The translations under genes and the position numbers were made by a program. DNA of 63,451 bases, the filler included, from Octopus bimaculoides (taxonomy: Eukaryota), in NCBI RefSeq assembly GCF_001194135.2. It is 4 parts of 3 records of this genome, joined end to end, with 100 filler letters (N's around TTAATTAATTAA, not from the genome) between each part and the next. Parts side by side here need not be neighbours in the genome. Positions count along the whole stretch, not along the records: positions 32,015 to 51,319 come from NC_069002.1; 3 more parts are not named here. One strand, 5' to 3'. Shown piece by piece: positions 37,442 through 51,319 of this stretch; position 1 is the first letter of the stretch, and each line of letters opens with the position of its first letter. The notes beneath the pieces are model-generated. The model was not told where the DNA came from. It worked only from the letters and a program-made list of their open reading frames with translations, and did no database searches.

Positions 37442-37666
37442 CCCTTTAGCATTCAGGATTATTCTGTTAAATGCAATACTTATTTTTATTCTTCACATTG
37501 TTTTGAATTAATCTTGCATTATCTTGAAGCTTCAGGATTTTGGTGACCTGCTTGTTTAGTTTTAGAATGGCATTGTAGAGTTGGTGTAAGAGGCCGAATC
37601 TGGTTAATTTCAACATAAAATAGATAAATATTTTAGCCTGATATTGCCGGTTTGATTGCTAAAGGG
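37442..37666. mobile_element. piggyBac-type MITE
   Basis: Perfect 10-bp TIR ccctttagca / tgctaaaggg flanked by TTAA (37438-37441, 37667-37670). Confidence 0.9.
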
Positions 37667-38923
37667 TTAAACTACACCATAGGTCTAGCCCATGAAATAG
37701 ACTTTATTTGCAAGAAATGGTTACTAAATTTCCCTCAAATTAGGGTCCTCCATCTTAGAACATGATGAATGATGTAGTTCTAGGTTCTTTGCACAAAGAG
37801 GGAAAAGACTGAATGGTCATGGCTGGATTGCTTTCGCTCATAGGCCGGCTCGATTGGATCTAACTGGAACTAAACAGCAACAACAACAACGACGACGACG
37901 ACACCACTACCATGGGCTATATCTAACTGATCATACAGTCAGCTAAACATAGCAGCCAGATCTCTTTCTCAAGTCGCTTCTTACCTTCTTAAAAATAAAA
38001 CACATTGGATAAAATTATCCGGAATGGTCTTTGATCATAAATCTGTCTAATGTTGTTGTTGCTGTTAATATTTTATTTGTAATTGTTTTTGTTTTTGGTT
38101 AACAGCCAAACAGCAACAACCACAACAACGAAACATTTCATTGGTTAAATTGTCTCTTCTGTTCCTGTTTCAATCATTTATTCCAAGAAATAATTCCAAC
38201 AGAAGAACGTCTTTGAAACAGTGAAAGGAGTCAAGTTGGTACATTTTCAGGAGAAAGTGGACGCTGAACGTCAAAACTGTAAAATGGCGATGAGTTCTCT
38301 CTCGGTTTTTTGTCATAAAAGTGTTTCTTTGATATAAAATACCAACATATTTCTCATTCTTGCCCACCATATTAACATTCTTCTTGTTATTATTGTTGTT
38401 TCGCTTAGTATTACTGTTTTGTCATGTCTTAGTTTTTGTTGTTGCTGCTGTTGTTGTTGTTGTTGAAGATGTTGCTATTATTAATGCTTAAATTGTTATT
38501 GTTAACATTTTAGTGTTTCTTATTGCTGTTGTGGTTGTGGTGGTTGTAGTTGCTGTGGTTGTTGTGGTCGTCGCATCCTTTCATGATATCTTTGTTGGCA
38601 CATTCATTCTTACATTTTTTCTTGTCTTTTCCTGTAATTTTTATGTTCATTTTGCTTTCTTCACCTCTTATAATTGTAATTGTCATCTTTAGGGGTGGTC
38701 GGCTTCTCTAATACATGTATTATCATGTGGTTCCTACACACACACACACACACACACACATACATACACACACACACACTCGCACACTCACACACACATA
38801 CACACACATACACTCACACACACGTACACACACACATACAGACACACATATACAATACCAAATGCATAGTACATAGAAGCTCATACACCGCACACAAATT
38901 AAAACAATCACTCCTACACCCAC

Positions 38924-38974
<51 letters not shown>

Positions 38975-40944
38975 AACATACATATCCACAAACATTGTCC
39001 CTCATTATATATCTATATACGTGCGTGTGCACACGTATGTGTACGTATATATGAAAGTATATATATGTAGCCTGGTTTGCATCGGCTTAATGTGCATGGA
39101 GAGCTCAATACATATTGTAGAGATTATGTTTATATATATANNNNNNNNNNNNNNNNNNNNNNNNNNNNNNNNNNNNNNNNNNNNNNNNNNNNNNNNNNNN
39201 NNNNNNNNNNNNNNNNNNNNNNNNNNNNNNNNNNNNNNNNNNNNNNNNNNNNNNNNNNNNNNNNNNNNNNNNNNNNNNNNNNNNNNNNNNNNNNNNNNNN
39301 NNNNNNNNNNNNNNNNNNNNNNNNNNNNNNNNNNNNNNNNNNNNNNNNNNNNNNNNNNNNNNNNNNNNNNNNNNNNNNNNNNNNNNNNNNNNNNNNNNNN
39401 NNNNNNNNNNNNNNNNNNNNNNNNNNNNNNNNNNNNNNNNNNNNNNNNNNNNNNNNNNNNNNNNNNNNNNNNNNNNNNNNNNNNNNNNNNNNNNNNNNNN
39501 NNNNNNNNNNNNNNNNNNNNNNNNNNNNNNNNNNNNNNNNNNNNNNNNNNNNNNNNNNNNNNNNNNNNNNNNNNNNNNNNNNNNNNNNNNNNNNNNNNNN
39601 NNNNNNNNNNNNNNNNNNNNNNNNNNNNNNNNNNNNNNNNNNNNNNNNNNNNNNNNNNNNNNNNNNNNNNNNNNNNNNNNNNNNNNNNNNNNNNNNNNNN
39701 NNNNNNNNNNNNNNNNNNNNNNNNNNNNNNNNNNNNNNNNNNNNNNNNNNNNNNNNNNNNNNNNNNNNNNNNNNNNNNNNNNNNNNNNNNNNNNNNNNNN
39801 NNNNNNNNNNNNNNNNNNNNNNNNNNNNNNNNNNNNNNNNNNNNNNNNNNNNNNNNNNNNNNNNNNNNNNNNNNNNNNNNNNNNNNNNNNNNNNNNNNNN
39901 NNNNNNNNNNNNNNNNNNNNNNNNNNNNNNNNNNNNNNNNNNNNNNNNNNNNNNNNNNNNNNNNNNNNNNNNNNNNNNNAATAAAGACGAATCAAGTTGA
40001 ACTGGCATGTGTAGAGTGAAAGCCTCGAGGCAAGAACATAGGATATGAACATAAGAGATGAAAGTCATGAGAGAAGAATATAAGAGATGTTTCGCGGCTG
40101 GCAGTTGAGCCAAGAAAGATCATGCTTGGCCGAACACCGGTCACGTGAAAGGAAATGAAGGAGGTAGGGGCAGAGGGATTGAAGAATTAGGGGAAGAACC
40201 GGAAAGAAAGAAAATCAAAGGGACTTGCTTTCTCCCAAAAAATTTAATGCTCTTAGCTTAGATTTTTGGGGCCAGCCAGATTTGAACAGTTTCAAGTGTA
40301 ACCGACCGAAACTGTAAGAGTGATTTGGAAACGTGACAGACGAGAGAAGACTGCAAATGACTCGTCACCAGACTTGCAGGAGAAACTCTATACAGTCTTT
40401 CGATCTCATTGAAATAGCAACCAAAGCTATCTGAATTCACCCACCACCGTCTTAAAAAGAGATGGACACATTAAATAATGTAAGTCTTAGATAATATTAA
40501 TAAGAGGTGAAGGTCACGTTTGGATGCCTTTGATTATGTCTGTTTGATCAACGTCGAACGAAGGTTAAACAACTGAAAACTGTGCAGTTAAAGTTAAACA
40601 GCTGCACCGACATTTTGTGTTGTTGTTGTTGTTGTTATTATTGTTGTTGTATTGTTGTTGTTGCTGTTGTTGTTGCTATTGAGCCTGAAGCCAACCCTAA
40701 TCCAGTAGATCTACAATTAACAACGACTCAGCTGCCCCTTTTCAGATATATTTTCTCCCATGACCCACTTATGGACGGGACGCTGGATCACATGAACAAT
40801 TTTAGGGTCTTTGAGCCAGTGAGAGAAAATTATCCTCAAATCAAATATTTGAAAAAATGAAACTCACCTAAAAATACCCACAGACCGGATATTGTACTGC
40901 TCAGTCAAACGACAGATTAAATAGCTCAGCCATATAATCTCATG

Positions 40945-41284
40945 AAGGCGCATGGCTCAGTGGTTAGAGCGTCGGGCTTACAATCAGGAGGTAGTGCGTT
41001 CAACTCCCAGAGTCGGCAGTATGTTGTGTTCTTGGACAAGACACTTTATTTCACGTTGCTCCAGTTCACTCAGCTGTTGAAATGAGCTGCGACATCATTG
41101 GTGCCAAGCTGTATCGGCCTCTACCCTTCCCTTGGATAACACCGGTGGCGTGCAGAGTGGAGAATGGTATGCATGGGCGACTCCTGGTCTTCCATAAACA
41201 ATCTTGCCCGGACTTGAACCTAAGAGGGTAACTTTCTAGGTGCAATTCCATGGTCATTCATGACCGAAGGGGGTCTTTACCTAC
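40945..41284 (+). mobile_element. tRNA-derived SINE, family E (CORE-like central domain)
   Basis: ggcgcatggctcagtggttagagc A box, gttcaactccc B box, gtgttcttggacaagacactt core-like motif; imperfect TSD ataatct(c)atg. Confidence 0.82.
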
Positions 41285-41515
41285 ATAATCTATGTTCTAC
41301 CTTCTTTTAAGACAGTAGTTTGTGCTTTAAGCGAGAGATTTGGCTGTTATTTCCAGCAAGTTGAATACCGACATGACGTATGTTCTTTCCTTGGCTTTTT
41401 AAGACAATTGTATTGGATTTTAGAGAGATTTAACTATTATTCATAGCCCGACAAGCAATATCCGCTTGGCTTTCTCGTTAAATCGGTTGTTGTTTAGTTT
41501 TAGGTCATACCTGCT

Positions 41516-41727
41516 TACTCTCTTTTACTGTTTTACTTGTTTCAGTCTTTTGACTGTGGCCAAGCTGGAGCACCGCCTTTAGTCGAGCAAATCGACCCCA
41601 GGACTTATTCTTTGGAAGCCTAGTACTTATTCTATCGTTCTCTTTTGCCGAACCGCTAAGTTACGGGGACGTAAACACACCAGCATCGGCTGTCAAGCGA
41701 TGTTGGGGGACAAACACAGACACTCAA

Positions 41728-41801
<74 letters not shown>

Positions 41802-41972
41802 GCATATATACGACGGGCTTCTTTCAGTTTCCGTCAACCAAATCCACTTACAAGGCATTGGTCGGCCCGAGGCTATAGTAAAAGACACTTGCCCAAGGTG
41901 CCACGCAGTGGGACTGAACCCGGGACCATGTGGTTGATAAGCAAGCTACTTACCACACAGCCACTCCTACGC
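41516..41972 (-). mobile_element. SINE family B, full length, expanded central (TA)n
   Basis: Near-identical to 10390-10785. Confidence 0.9.
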
Positions 41973-42581
41973 CAAAGTAAACTTGTGATCAAAGATGATC
42001 CAGCAGGGACTGTACCGTCGTTTTATTTTATACATTGTTATTTCTAGCTCTATATTGTACAAGGAATTCTTTACATTTTTCTATGACAATAGGACGTGAT
42101 TTAAGGGACATTTGGTGGATATTTTTAACAGATCAAGCTACTAAAAATAGTGAGTTTCAGTAATAAACTGCTGCAACCCCTGTACGATCCAAGAACAAAA
42201 AAAACAAACTCGGTTGTTCAAGAAGAAACGCGTATTTAAGACCAGCTCACTAAAATCTCATTAACTCCGACTCCCACTACCATAAATTAGTTTTTCTTGC
42301 GTTAAATCCATTCGCATATTTCGTGGAATTCTCATTAGAACGAAGGAGAATATAAAACTAATCCTGCTCTCAATTTATGAAATGTAAAATTCTTGGCGGA
42401 TGTCTCGCCTCCATAATCTCACCTAAACGAGGTTGAATATAACAACTTAAATTTTGATCAATTTATGTTCAAGCGATTTAAAAATTCTGAAATTAGAATT
42501 CAGTGAGGAAGAGGCGGTAGATTGTAACCGTTCAGAGACAAACACTTGGCGAAAATAATTCTGTTTACTACTTCTCTTTTT

Positions 42582-42761
42582 ACAGTTCCATATTTAAGAG
42601 ATGAGGAATTATGTACATTATTTACATTATTTACATTTGACGGATATTTGTCCTCATCTTGTTTGTTGTTAGCACAATGTTTCGGCTGATATACCTTCCA
42701 GCCTTCATCAGGTGTCTTGGGGAAATTTCGAACCCGCCAAATGTAAATAATGTAAATAATG
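42582..42761 (-). mobile_element. Penelope-like element terminus with inverted 5' junction
   Basis: Contains ctgatgaaggc...gccgaaac; 28-bp inverted duplication 42616-42643 / 42734-42761 (27/28 match). Confidence 0.75.
42671..42716 (-). ncRNA. Minimal type I hammerhead ribozyme-like motif
   Basis: GACAC-CUGAUGA-A-GGCUG(loop 10)CAGCC-GAAA-CAUU-GUGCU: core boxes, 5-bp stem II, stem I with one mismatch; stem III apparently disrupted. Confidence 0.65.
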
Positions 42762-43071
42762 CTTCTTCATTTTTTATTTCAGATATTTGATTAAATTCCT
42801 GCTTCTTGAATGAAAATCTTCACGCTGCTTTTTTGAGATAACAGAAGAGACATTTCCAATGATCCATCAGTGATTCCGTCTTGTTTTTCCATCTACAACG
42901 TGTCCGCCAAGCAAAAATCTAGTTTCATTTGAATTTGAGGTCCCCCTGTTGTCGATACTATACTTTTTGTAGTTGGAAACAAATTGTTTTATAAATGATT
43001 ACATTTGGTAAGTTGAAAAACGAAGATAAACAAGATAAATCAATGTAATTAACAACGCTAATAATAATTCT

Positions 43072-43253
43072 TTCTACTATAGGCCCAAGGCCTGAAAATT
43101 TGGTGGGAGAAGACTAGTCGATTACATCGACCCCATTGTTTCACTGGTACTTAATTTATCGACCCCGAAAGGATGAAAGGCAAAGTCGACCTCTGCGGAA
43201 TTTGAACTCAGAACGTGGCGACAGACAAAATACCGCTAAGCATTTTGCCCGCC
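43072..43253 (-). mobile_element. SINE family C
   Basis: Family-diagnostic sequence; followed by (AAT)n 43255-43360. Confidence 0.85.
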
Positions 43254-43280
43254 TTAATAATAATAATGATAATGATGATG

Positions 43281-43323
<43 letters not shown>

Positions 43324-43370
43324 TAATAATAACAATAATGATAATAATATTATTATTATTAACATTTTTG

Positions 43371-43557
43371 GATACAAGGCCAGTAATTTTAAGGGAGGGG
43401 TAAGTCGATTTTAGCAATCTCAGTATTTTATCAACACATTATCAACACCAAAAGAATGAAAGTAGACCTCGGCAGAATTTGAACTGAGAACGTAAAGAAC
43501 CCGAAGAAGAACCGGTTGGCATTTTGTCCGACGCTCTAATGACTCTACCAGCTCGCC
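43371..43557 (-). mobile_element. SINE family C (tandem second copy)
   Basis: Same orientation, separated from the previous copy only by (AAT)n. Confidence 0.78.
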
Positions 43558-44079
43558 AAGTACAGTTTAGCTTAATATGACAAGACTGGGAAGGAATTAG
43601 CTACCTTTGTTAATATCGTGTTTAACAATATTAAATATGACATTAATATAGAATGTGGTATTTCCAAATGTAGGATTCTTGTGATGAAGAATGAAGGTGT
43701 CATGAAAGGAAGAGAATAAATCTACAGAAGTAGAAGATACTGGCGAGTGACACAGGGGATGTATATGAATATCTGGGACCCGCAGAAGCTGATTGTATAA
43801 AGAATAAGATAATGAAAAACCAAGTCAAGAGAGAATGTATCAGAAAGTAACGACAGTATAAAAATCCAAACTGAGTGGTATGAATTTCATCACTGAGATA
43901 AACTCTAGAGTTGTATTCATAATCGGATAATGTGCCTGAATAATCAAATGAACAAAGGAGACCTTGGGATCTAACGTAGAAAAACAAGGAAAGACATTTT
44001 TTTAAATTCTTTAAATATCATAAAACTTAGGTTTGCAGTAACTTTACTTCAGTCTCTCTAATTTACACTATGTTGCTCA

Positions 44080-44150
<71 letters not shown>

Positions 44151-44675
44151 TATACTCACACGCATATATATATATTTGTATATATAATGTACATATAATG
44201 TACATTCATACACGTCCATATACATATATATTCATACACACACGCACACACACACATACGTTATTTGTTTGTGGACATAAGTATTTAGGATTCTTTTCAG
44301 GATAAATATATTATATAAACATATATATGTAAATATATATGCTTATATATATGGAAATGTGTGTAAAAATGTATGTGAATTCGATAATGAGTATTTTCAT
44401 AATTAATTGACTGTTAATCTAAATTTAATCCCGTTTAAAACAGTTCTTTAAAATTACATCAGATCCATTTCTGGTGACACGCCTGAGCGTGGAAATATTT
44501 ATTGCCGTTGAAAACGTAGAGAGAAGATACGAGAGAAATTAATAAATTGTAATAACATAACAACCTCATAAATCACTCTAACAGCAGAAAGATCGAGTCA
44601 TCGTTGTTTGCCACCAAACCCTCTTCTTTTAACCATATCAGATATTTATTTATATTGCGTTCAGATACTTTATGG

Positions 44676-44755
<80 letters not shown>

Positions 44756-45659
44756 TTCAACTCAGAATGCTATATGATTGTGTCCCCTCTAATATATCAT
44801 CCTCTGTTATGTCCCCTACCCCTTCCTCTTCTATAGTTTCTCTGTTATGTTCCGTCTGCTTTGTTCTCTCTAGCATAGCCCTCTCCACTTCTATGTTTTC
44901 TTTACCATGCACTCCTCCCACCCGTTGTTTCTCTTGTGCTGAGTTTCTGCTGATATATCACAGAACTGTAGTTGATATATTCCGCGACACAGGAATAGGT
45001 AATAATCGGAAACAGTCGATCTACCGAAATGAACAAATACATTAATGAAGCTGTCAGGTGTCCATATACTTCAAGTAAACCCTCACTGCTGGAAACACGG
45101 TTGTATCCAGATATAACTTAGAATAAGTAATGTATTTATTTTACTAATACAGTTTCATTTTATTTTGAAGTACGTCTTTTAAATAGTGGCCTTTATATGT
45201 CACCGTGTTATCCCTCTCTACCTGATTAGTTTTATAGTAGCTCTTTTCTGTAGATTAATTTAAAATTCCATTTGCTGAGTTAATCTTTCTGATTTAAGCA
45301 ATTTTATAAAGGAAAGGAAATGTGATTGGGTTCTTGATATTTCGGATGGTTTCCGTTTGTTTCCGTCTATCACCGATTTCTGTGCCACAGTGTACATAAA
45401 GTGTGAAATGATTGTCTTTATAGTTCCGCTGACGTAGGTGTCGCGTGTCGATATATTCCTTTCAACGTCCGACTAGAAACACAAGCGAGAATGCAGATAT
45501 ATACATATATCCATAGATATATATACATAAATACAGATATACATATATTATGTATTTATTACAGCATGTGGATTAATTCTGTATTAATGTGTCTCATTGT
45601 ATTAACTATACATGCATACACACAAAAACATATATATATATGTTAAAGTCTGTCATACC

Positions 45660-45699
45660 GGCCATGACGAAGGGAAATAACCCTGAAACTCGAGTCGCC
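45660..45699 (+). ncRNA. Minimal type I hammerhead ribozyme-like motif with 1-nt core insertion
   Basis: GGC-C(A)UGACGA-AGGG(AAAUAA)CCCU-GAAAC-UCGA-GUC-GCC: stems I, II and III and a GUC cleavage triplet all present. Confidence 0.65.
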
Positions 45700-46106
45700 T
45701 TTATATATTTATATTTATATATTTGATCCTTTATATTGAACACTCAATATTTCATCTACATTCAATACTTTCTTTCATGGTGCCATCCATTTTTATTTTA
45801 CTTTATTTTATATTATATATTGTATATTATATTATATATTGTATATTCCATATTCTATAGCCCACATTGGTTCTGCAGGAATATAAATAAAACATAGAAA
45901 ACAGACAGTGTTGGAACTCTTTTAAACAAAATAATATATTCCTCTATACACAATCATACAAAAAACCCACCTTTTTTNNNNNNNNNNNNNNNNNNNNNNN
46001 NNNNNNNNNNNNTATATATATAGATGTGTGTATGTGTGCATATGTGCATGTGTGTGTGTGGAGAGAGAGAGACAGATACATTCACACACACGCACGCACA
46101 CACACT

Positions 46107-46139
<33 letters not shown>

Positions 46140-46961
46140 TCACGCATACATATGTAGATATTGTATGTAATAAATAGGACGCAAATTATTTATAAATATA
46201 ACCATGTGTAATTAATCTGATAAGTGCATATACGGTATATCATTCCGGAATCTTGAGAAGCTAGTCTTCTCGAAACGAGAAAGAACACGTCTAATTAGAG
46301 AATTAGAGGATTAGAGATATGGAAGAAAAAGCATAAGATTTTTCCATAACAGAGACAACACAAGTCTGAATCGTCTGTTATACTATATCTCCTGTTAAAA
46401 TTTTTATATATTCAATTATATACAAATGGAATGTCCTATATAACATTCCAAGAAGTCGTAGAAAAATATTAAATCGATTCCAATTCTTGAAACTTTCATT
46501 ATTCCACCAATCTCAGAAGAATGACCTCGGAAACATTTGAGCTCCAGATCTTGATGAACATTATTATACCAGAAGCAATCTGTTTGAAGCTCTACTGACC
46601 AATCAACCACCATGATTAAAAGACCCTTCCTTTAGTTAAGATGGTAAGATCTGATTTAACGATGATTTGTCTGCCATTTCTAGCAGAAAAACAGGCTCCA
46701 TAGTTACTGACTCGTTAGTTCGTAATCTTTCTTTTCTTGCTTGACGATGGTCCCTGCAGAATCTAAATACAAACCCTATAACTCTATACATTCCTTCTCA
46801 ATATGCTCACTCGACCTCATGGGTGTTCATATTTTCTATTATTCACTTCTAGTCTCTGATATCAACTAATTTTTTATTCTATTTTATAATGTCAGAAATT
46901 AATGCAGCGGTCTATACTAGTTCACTGTAAGATTAATTAAATCACATCAACATACACATGC

Positions 46962-46995
<34 letters not shown>

Positions 46996-47075
46996 ATAAA
47001 TACGTGTGTGTGTACACACCAACACACAAATATATTTATATGTATGTANNNNNNNNNNNNNNNNNNNNNNNNNNN

Positions 47076-47150
<75 letters not shown>

Positions 47151-47845
47151 GTGCATACACACACGAACAAGTGCGCACACATACATACACACACATACAT
47201 ACACACACATACATACACACATACAGATAAATGCACGCGTGTATGTGTGTGAACATGTGTATGAACGTTTGAAAGTAATACAATATGTATATGTATGCAC
47301 ATATGAATGTATGCATGCACCGATTTGGAGCAGCGAATTAATGAGAAACTGAGCCGAGTTCAGCTGAGACAGCTTAAGTTCAGTTTATATTTTTGAATTG
47401 AAATTTAATCTTTAAATATTTAATACTGTAATGGTGTCTGTCTAATTTTAGTTGTTTAACAATTCTCCTATTTGTCCACACTTTGTTATTTACACACACG
47501 TTTCTAATTTAAGTGTTCTACTCGAGAATTTATACAGACTTTAAATGGCAAACAATTCTCAATAAAACTTCCTTTTTCCTTTTTTCTCCAAGTATAAAAA
47601 GAGTGAGTCAGTTATGGTATTTGCTGGGAAAATTTGGTGAAACAAAAAACGTCTTGCTGTTGAGGTCAGATTAAGGCGGAAACAATTTAGAGATGATGCC
47701 CCTTAATAACAGGAAAACTAAAAAGAATTATGAGACTATCTGCCCTATATGCCAAAAGAATTTAAATGTATTAATGAATGGTTTACTTTCAACTCATAAT
47801 TATTTCTAGCTATTTTTCTATATATGTTCGCAGTATTACGTGTAG

Positions 47846-48215
47846 TGGAGGCGCAATGGCCCAGTGGTTAGGGCAGCGGACTCACGGTCATAGGATCACG
47901 GTTTTGATTCCATTGTGAGTGTTTATTGAGCGAAAACACCTAAAGTTCCACGAGGCTCTGGCAGATGATGGTGGCGAACCCTGCTGTATTCTTCCACCAA
48001 AACTTTCTCTCACTCTTCTTGTTTCTGTTGTACCTGTAATTCAAAGGGTCAGCCTTGTCACACCGTGTCACGCTGAATATCCCCGAGAACTATGTTAAGG
48101 GTACACGTGTCTGTGGAGTGCTCAGCCACTTGCACGTTAATTTCATGAGCAGGCTGTTCCGTTGATCGGATCAACTGGAACCCTCGTCGTCGTAAGCGAC
48201 GGACTGCCAACAACA
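47846..48215 (+). mobile_element. SINE family A with a small deletion after the B box
   Basis: Family head and (AAC)n tail; imperfect TSD tta(c/a)gtgta. Confidence 0.9.
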
Positions 48216-49308
48216 ATTAAGTGTAACGACACCAACTGAACTATTGTTTTATTTTTCACGTGGATGATGCTACTTAATTATTTATTCTCAAATTAATTCA
48301 CTTTTCTACGCCATTTCTTTACTGATTTACATTTGTGTGTGTCGGCCACAGACTATTAAAATCTATTTTTGCTCATTTCAAGGATGATCGAGAAAAACCT
48401 TATTTTGTTTTTTCTCGATCTCACCCTTGTCTCGATTGACCATGACCAACCTTGGATAACGTTCACTCTGAACCACTGCGTTTTTTTTTGTTTCGATGGT
48501 AATGGTCCTGGCTGGAAGGCAGGACAGCTAACAGGTCCCTAATAACAGTAGCGTTGCTCCTTGTGATGTCAACGTGATTGCAGGGGATCTGTTGTTGCGG
48601 TTGTTTTGTTTCTTTTTTTGTCGATGATGATGATGATGATGATGATGATTATGATGATGCTGATGAGAATGATGATGATGATGNNNNNNNNNNNNNNNNN
48701 NNNNNNNNNNNNNNNNNNNNNNNNNNNNNNNNNNNNNNNNNNNNNNNNNNNNNNNNNNNNNNNNNNNNNNNNNNNNNNNNNNNNNNNNNNNNNNNNNNNN
48801 NNNNNNNNNNNNNNNNNNNNNNNNNNNNNNNNNNNNNNNNNNNNNNNNNNNNNNNNNNNNNNNNNNNNNNNNNNNNNNNNNNNNNNNNNNNNNNNNNNNN
48901 NNNNNNNNNNNNNNNNNNNNNNNNNNNNNNNNNNNNNNNNNNNNNNNNNNNNNNNNNNNNNNNNNNNNNNNNNNNNNNNNNNNNNNNNNNNNNNNNNNNN
49001 NNNNNNNNNNNNNNNNNNNNNNNNNNNNNNNNNNNNNNNNNNNNNNNNNNNNNNNNNNNNNNNNNNNNNNNNNNNNNNNNNNNNNNNNNNNNNNNNNNNN
49101 NNNNNNNNNNNNNNNNNNNNNNNNNNNNNNNNNNNNNNNNNNNNNNNNNNNNNNNNNNNNNNNNNNNNNNNNNNNNNNNNNNNNNNNNNNNNNNNNNNNN
49201 NNNNNNNNNNNNNNNNNNNNNNNNNNNNNNNNNNNNNNNNNNNNNNNNNNNNNNNNNNNNNNNNNNNNNNNNNNNNNNNNNNNNNNNNNNNNNNNNNNNN
49301 NNNNNNNA

Positions 49309-49395
49309 AGGAGGAGGAAGAGAAGGAGGAGGAAGAGAAGGAGGAGGAAGAGAAGGAGGAGGAAGAGAAGGAGGAGGAAGAGATGAGGAGAACAC

Positions 49396-49427
<32 letters not shown>
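49309..49427. repeat. 15-bp unit (aaggaggaggaagag) x~5 plus (GAT)n
   Basis: Seen directly at a gap edge; (GAT)n also at 48620-48683. Confidence 0.9.
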
Positions 49428-50242
49428 TTTAAATAATAGAGACTTATCCTAGGCTGCATTATCCAATCCTACCTTTTGTATTACGGCGATAGGTTTGTGG
49501 TTCGATAGAGATCTGGCTGATGTTTCTAGCACGAGGCAGGACCAAACATAGACGGTCTGTTTGTTTTGTCATGACAGCAAGGGCAAACTGTAAGTAAAGA
49601 ACTCAATGTGGCCCTATAATTTCTACTGACACTTTAAACGTACGACCCATAAATCAGAGTAACGTCTCACTATCTCGGGTTTGAATGGGTCGGTTTAGAT
49701 ACGATATTTCAGTACATTTTATATTTCAATATAATTGATATTTCTCCATCTTCGAATAGCTTCCTCTTTGTATCAACATGCAATGTTACAAAGTTAAACC
49801 TGTCTCTTTTTCTGATGATGAAATCGATAAGCCGAAACCGAATGGAATCGATATCTGGTTGTTATTGGCGACAGTGTGGAGAGTTCACTCAGAATTTGGC
49901 GTGTCTTCTTTCTAAATCAACGATTAATTCATCGTAAAAACAGGACTTTCTTGATACAAGTAAAGCCAGTGCCTGACTTAACCTCCATCCCACAGACGTC
50001 CCGATGTGTGGTCATAAAAAAACTAACAAGCACTTTGGTGTGCTGTCTTTTTATGGCTGACTGACCAGCTTCAATGGTTTACATACTCCTTAAATTCTGT
50101 AAGCAGTCCAGTGAAACAGTGCACAGTCATCAGGAGCGACTCGCACAGACATCAAGGCGGGATGGGTTTATCGTTTACTCTATCTGCGTGGCTGTTGAAG
50201 GCGTTACGCTATGTGTGTGTCTATCTGTAATGTATGAAATAC

Positions 50243-50316
<74 letters not shown>

Positions 50317-50720
50317 CAGGTCTAATACTTACATGCATGTATATATAAACTTTAACCGGAAGTTACAAATCTGACTCAAGGACCTAGAGTTTCGTATATG
50401 CCACTTATCAAACTCAGCATATATCGTTACTATTATGTTAAACTATCGTATGTCATAATTTGGTCAAACGCGTTTTTTTGTTTGTTTTTTCAATATTTAT
50501 TTTTCCTTACAATAGCAGGTTCTTTTGGTCAAACTATCGTATCTCCAGCTGCTTCAGATGCCAAGATATCGAAAATTATCAAAGTGTAGTTCAACGGTAG
50601 TGCTATGGAATGATGAAATTATTTTGCATAATCTCAACGATATGTATGCATGTATATACGTATGTATGTATTCATGTGTGTATATCTATCTATCTGTCTG
50701 TCTATCTGTCTGTCTATTTG

Positions 50721-50772
<52 letters not shown>

Positions 50773-51027
50773 GCTAGCTAGCTATGTAAGTATCTACGTA
50801 TGTATAAAGCACTGGGATCAATTTCTTTGATTAAAATTCTTGAAGGTGATGCCCCAGCATGACACAAGTGTCTTGAAGAGTTTTAGTCAAACCAATCGAT
50901 TCAAGTTTTTATTTTTCTTAATGCCAAGTTTTCTATCGGTCCCTTTGCCAAACAGGTAAGTTACGAGGACATACATAAGCCAACGCCGAATGACAAGCGG
51001 TGGAGGGGACATACACACACATACACA

Positions 51028-51075
<48 letters not shown>

Positions 51076-51269
51076 AGGGATTCTTTCAGTTTCCCTCTAC
51101 CACATCCACTCATAACGCTTTGGTCGGCCCATGGTTATAATAGAAGACACTTGTCTAGGGTGTATACTTATACATTATGTACTCGTGTTTTGAGTTATAT
51201 TCTTAGTATTTCTTCTACCAAGCCTACGTGTGTATATTTCTATACTTACATACATACACACACACGCAC

Positions 51270-51319
<50 letters not shown>

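Noticed and set aside
38170-38370. 66-aa ORF and an aaaatggcg motif
   Set aside because: No homology recognised and no convincing exon boundaries
39021-40113. Long ORFs spanning N-runs (also 5077-6758, 26713-27315, 48569-49459, 53386-53929, 58644-59936)
   Set aside because: Length comes from Ns and dinucleotide repeats
46416-46613. 65-aa minus-strand ORF in unique-looking DNA
   Set aside because: No recognisable motif or splice support
49812-49840. CUGAUGA...GAAAC hammerhead-like spacing
   Set aside because: Stem II does not pair and no NUH triplet follows; at best a dead remnant
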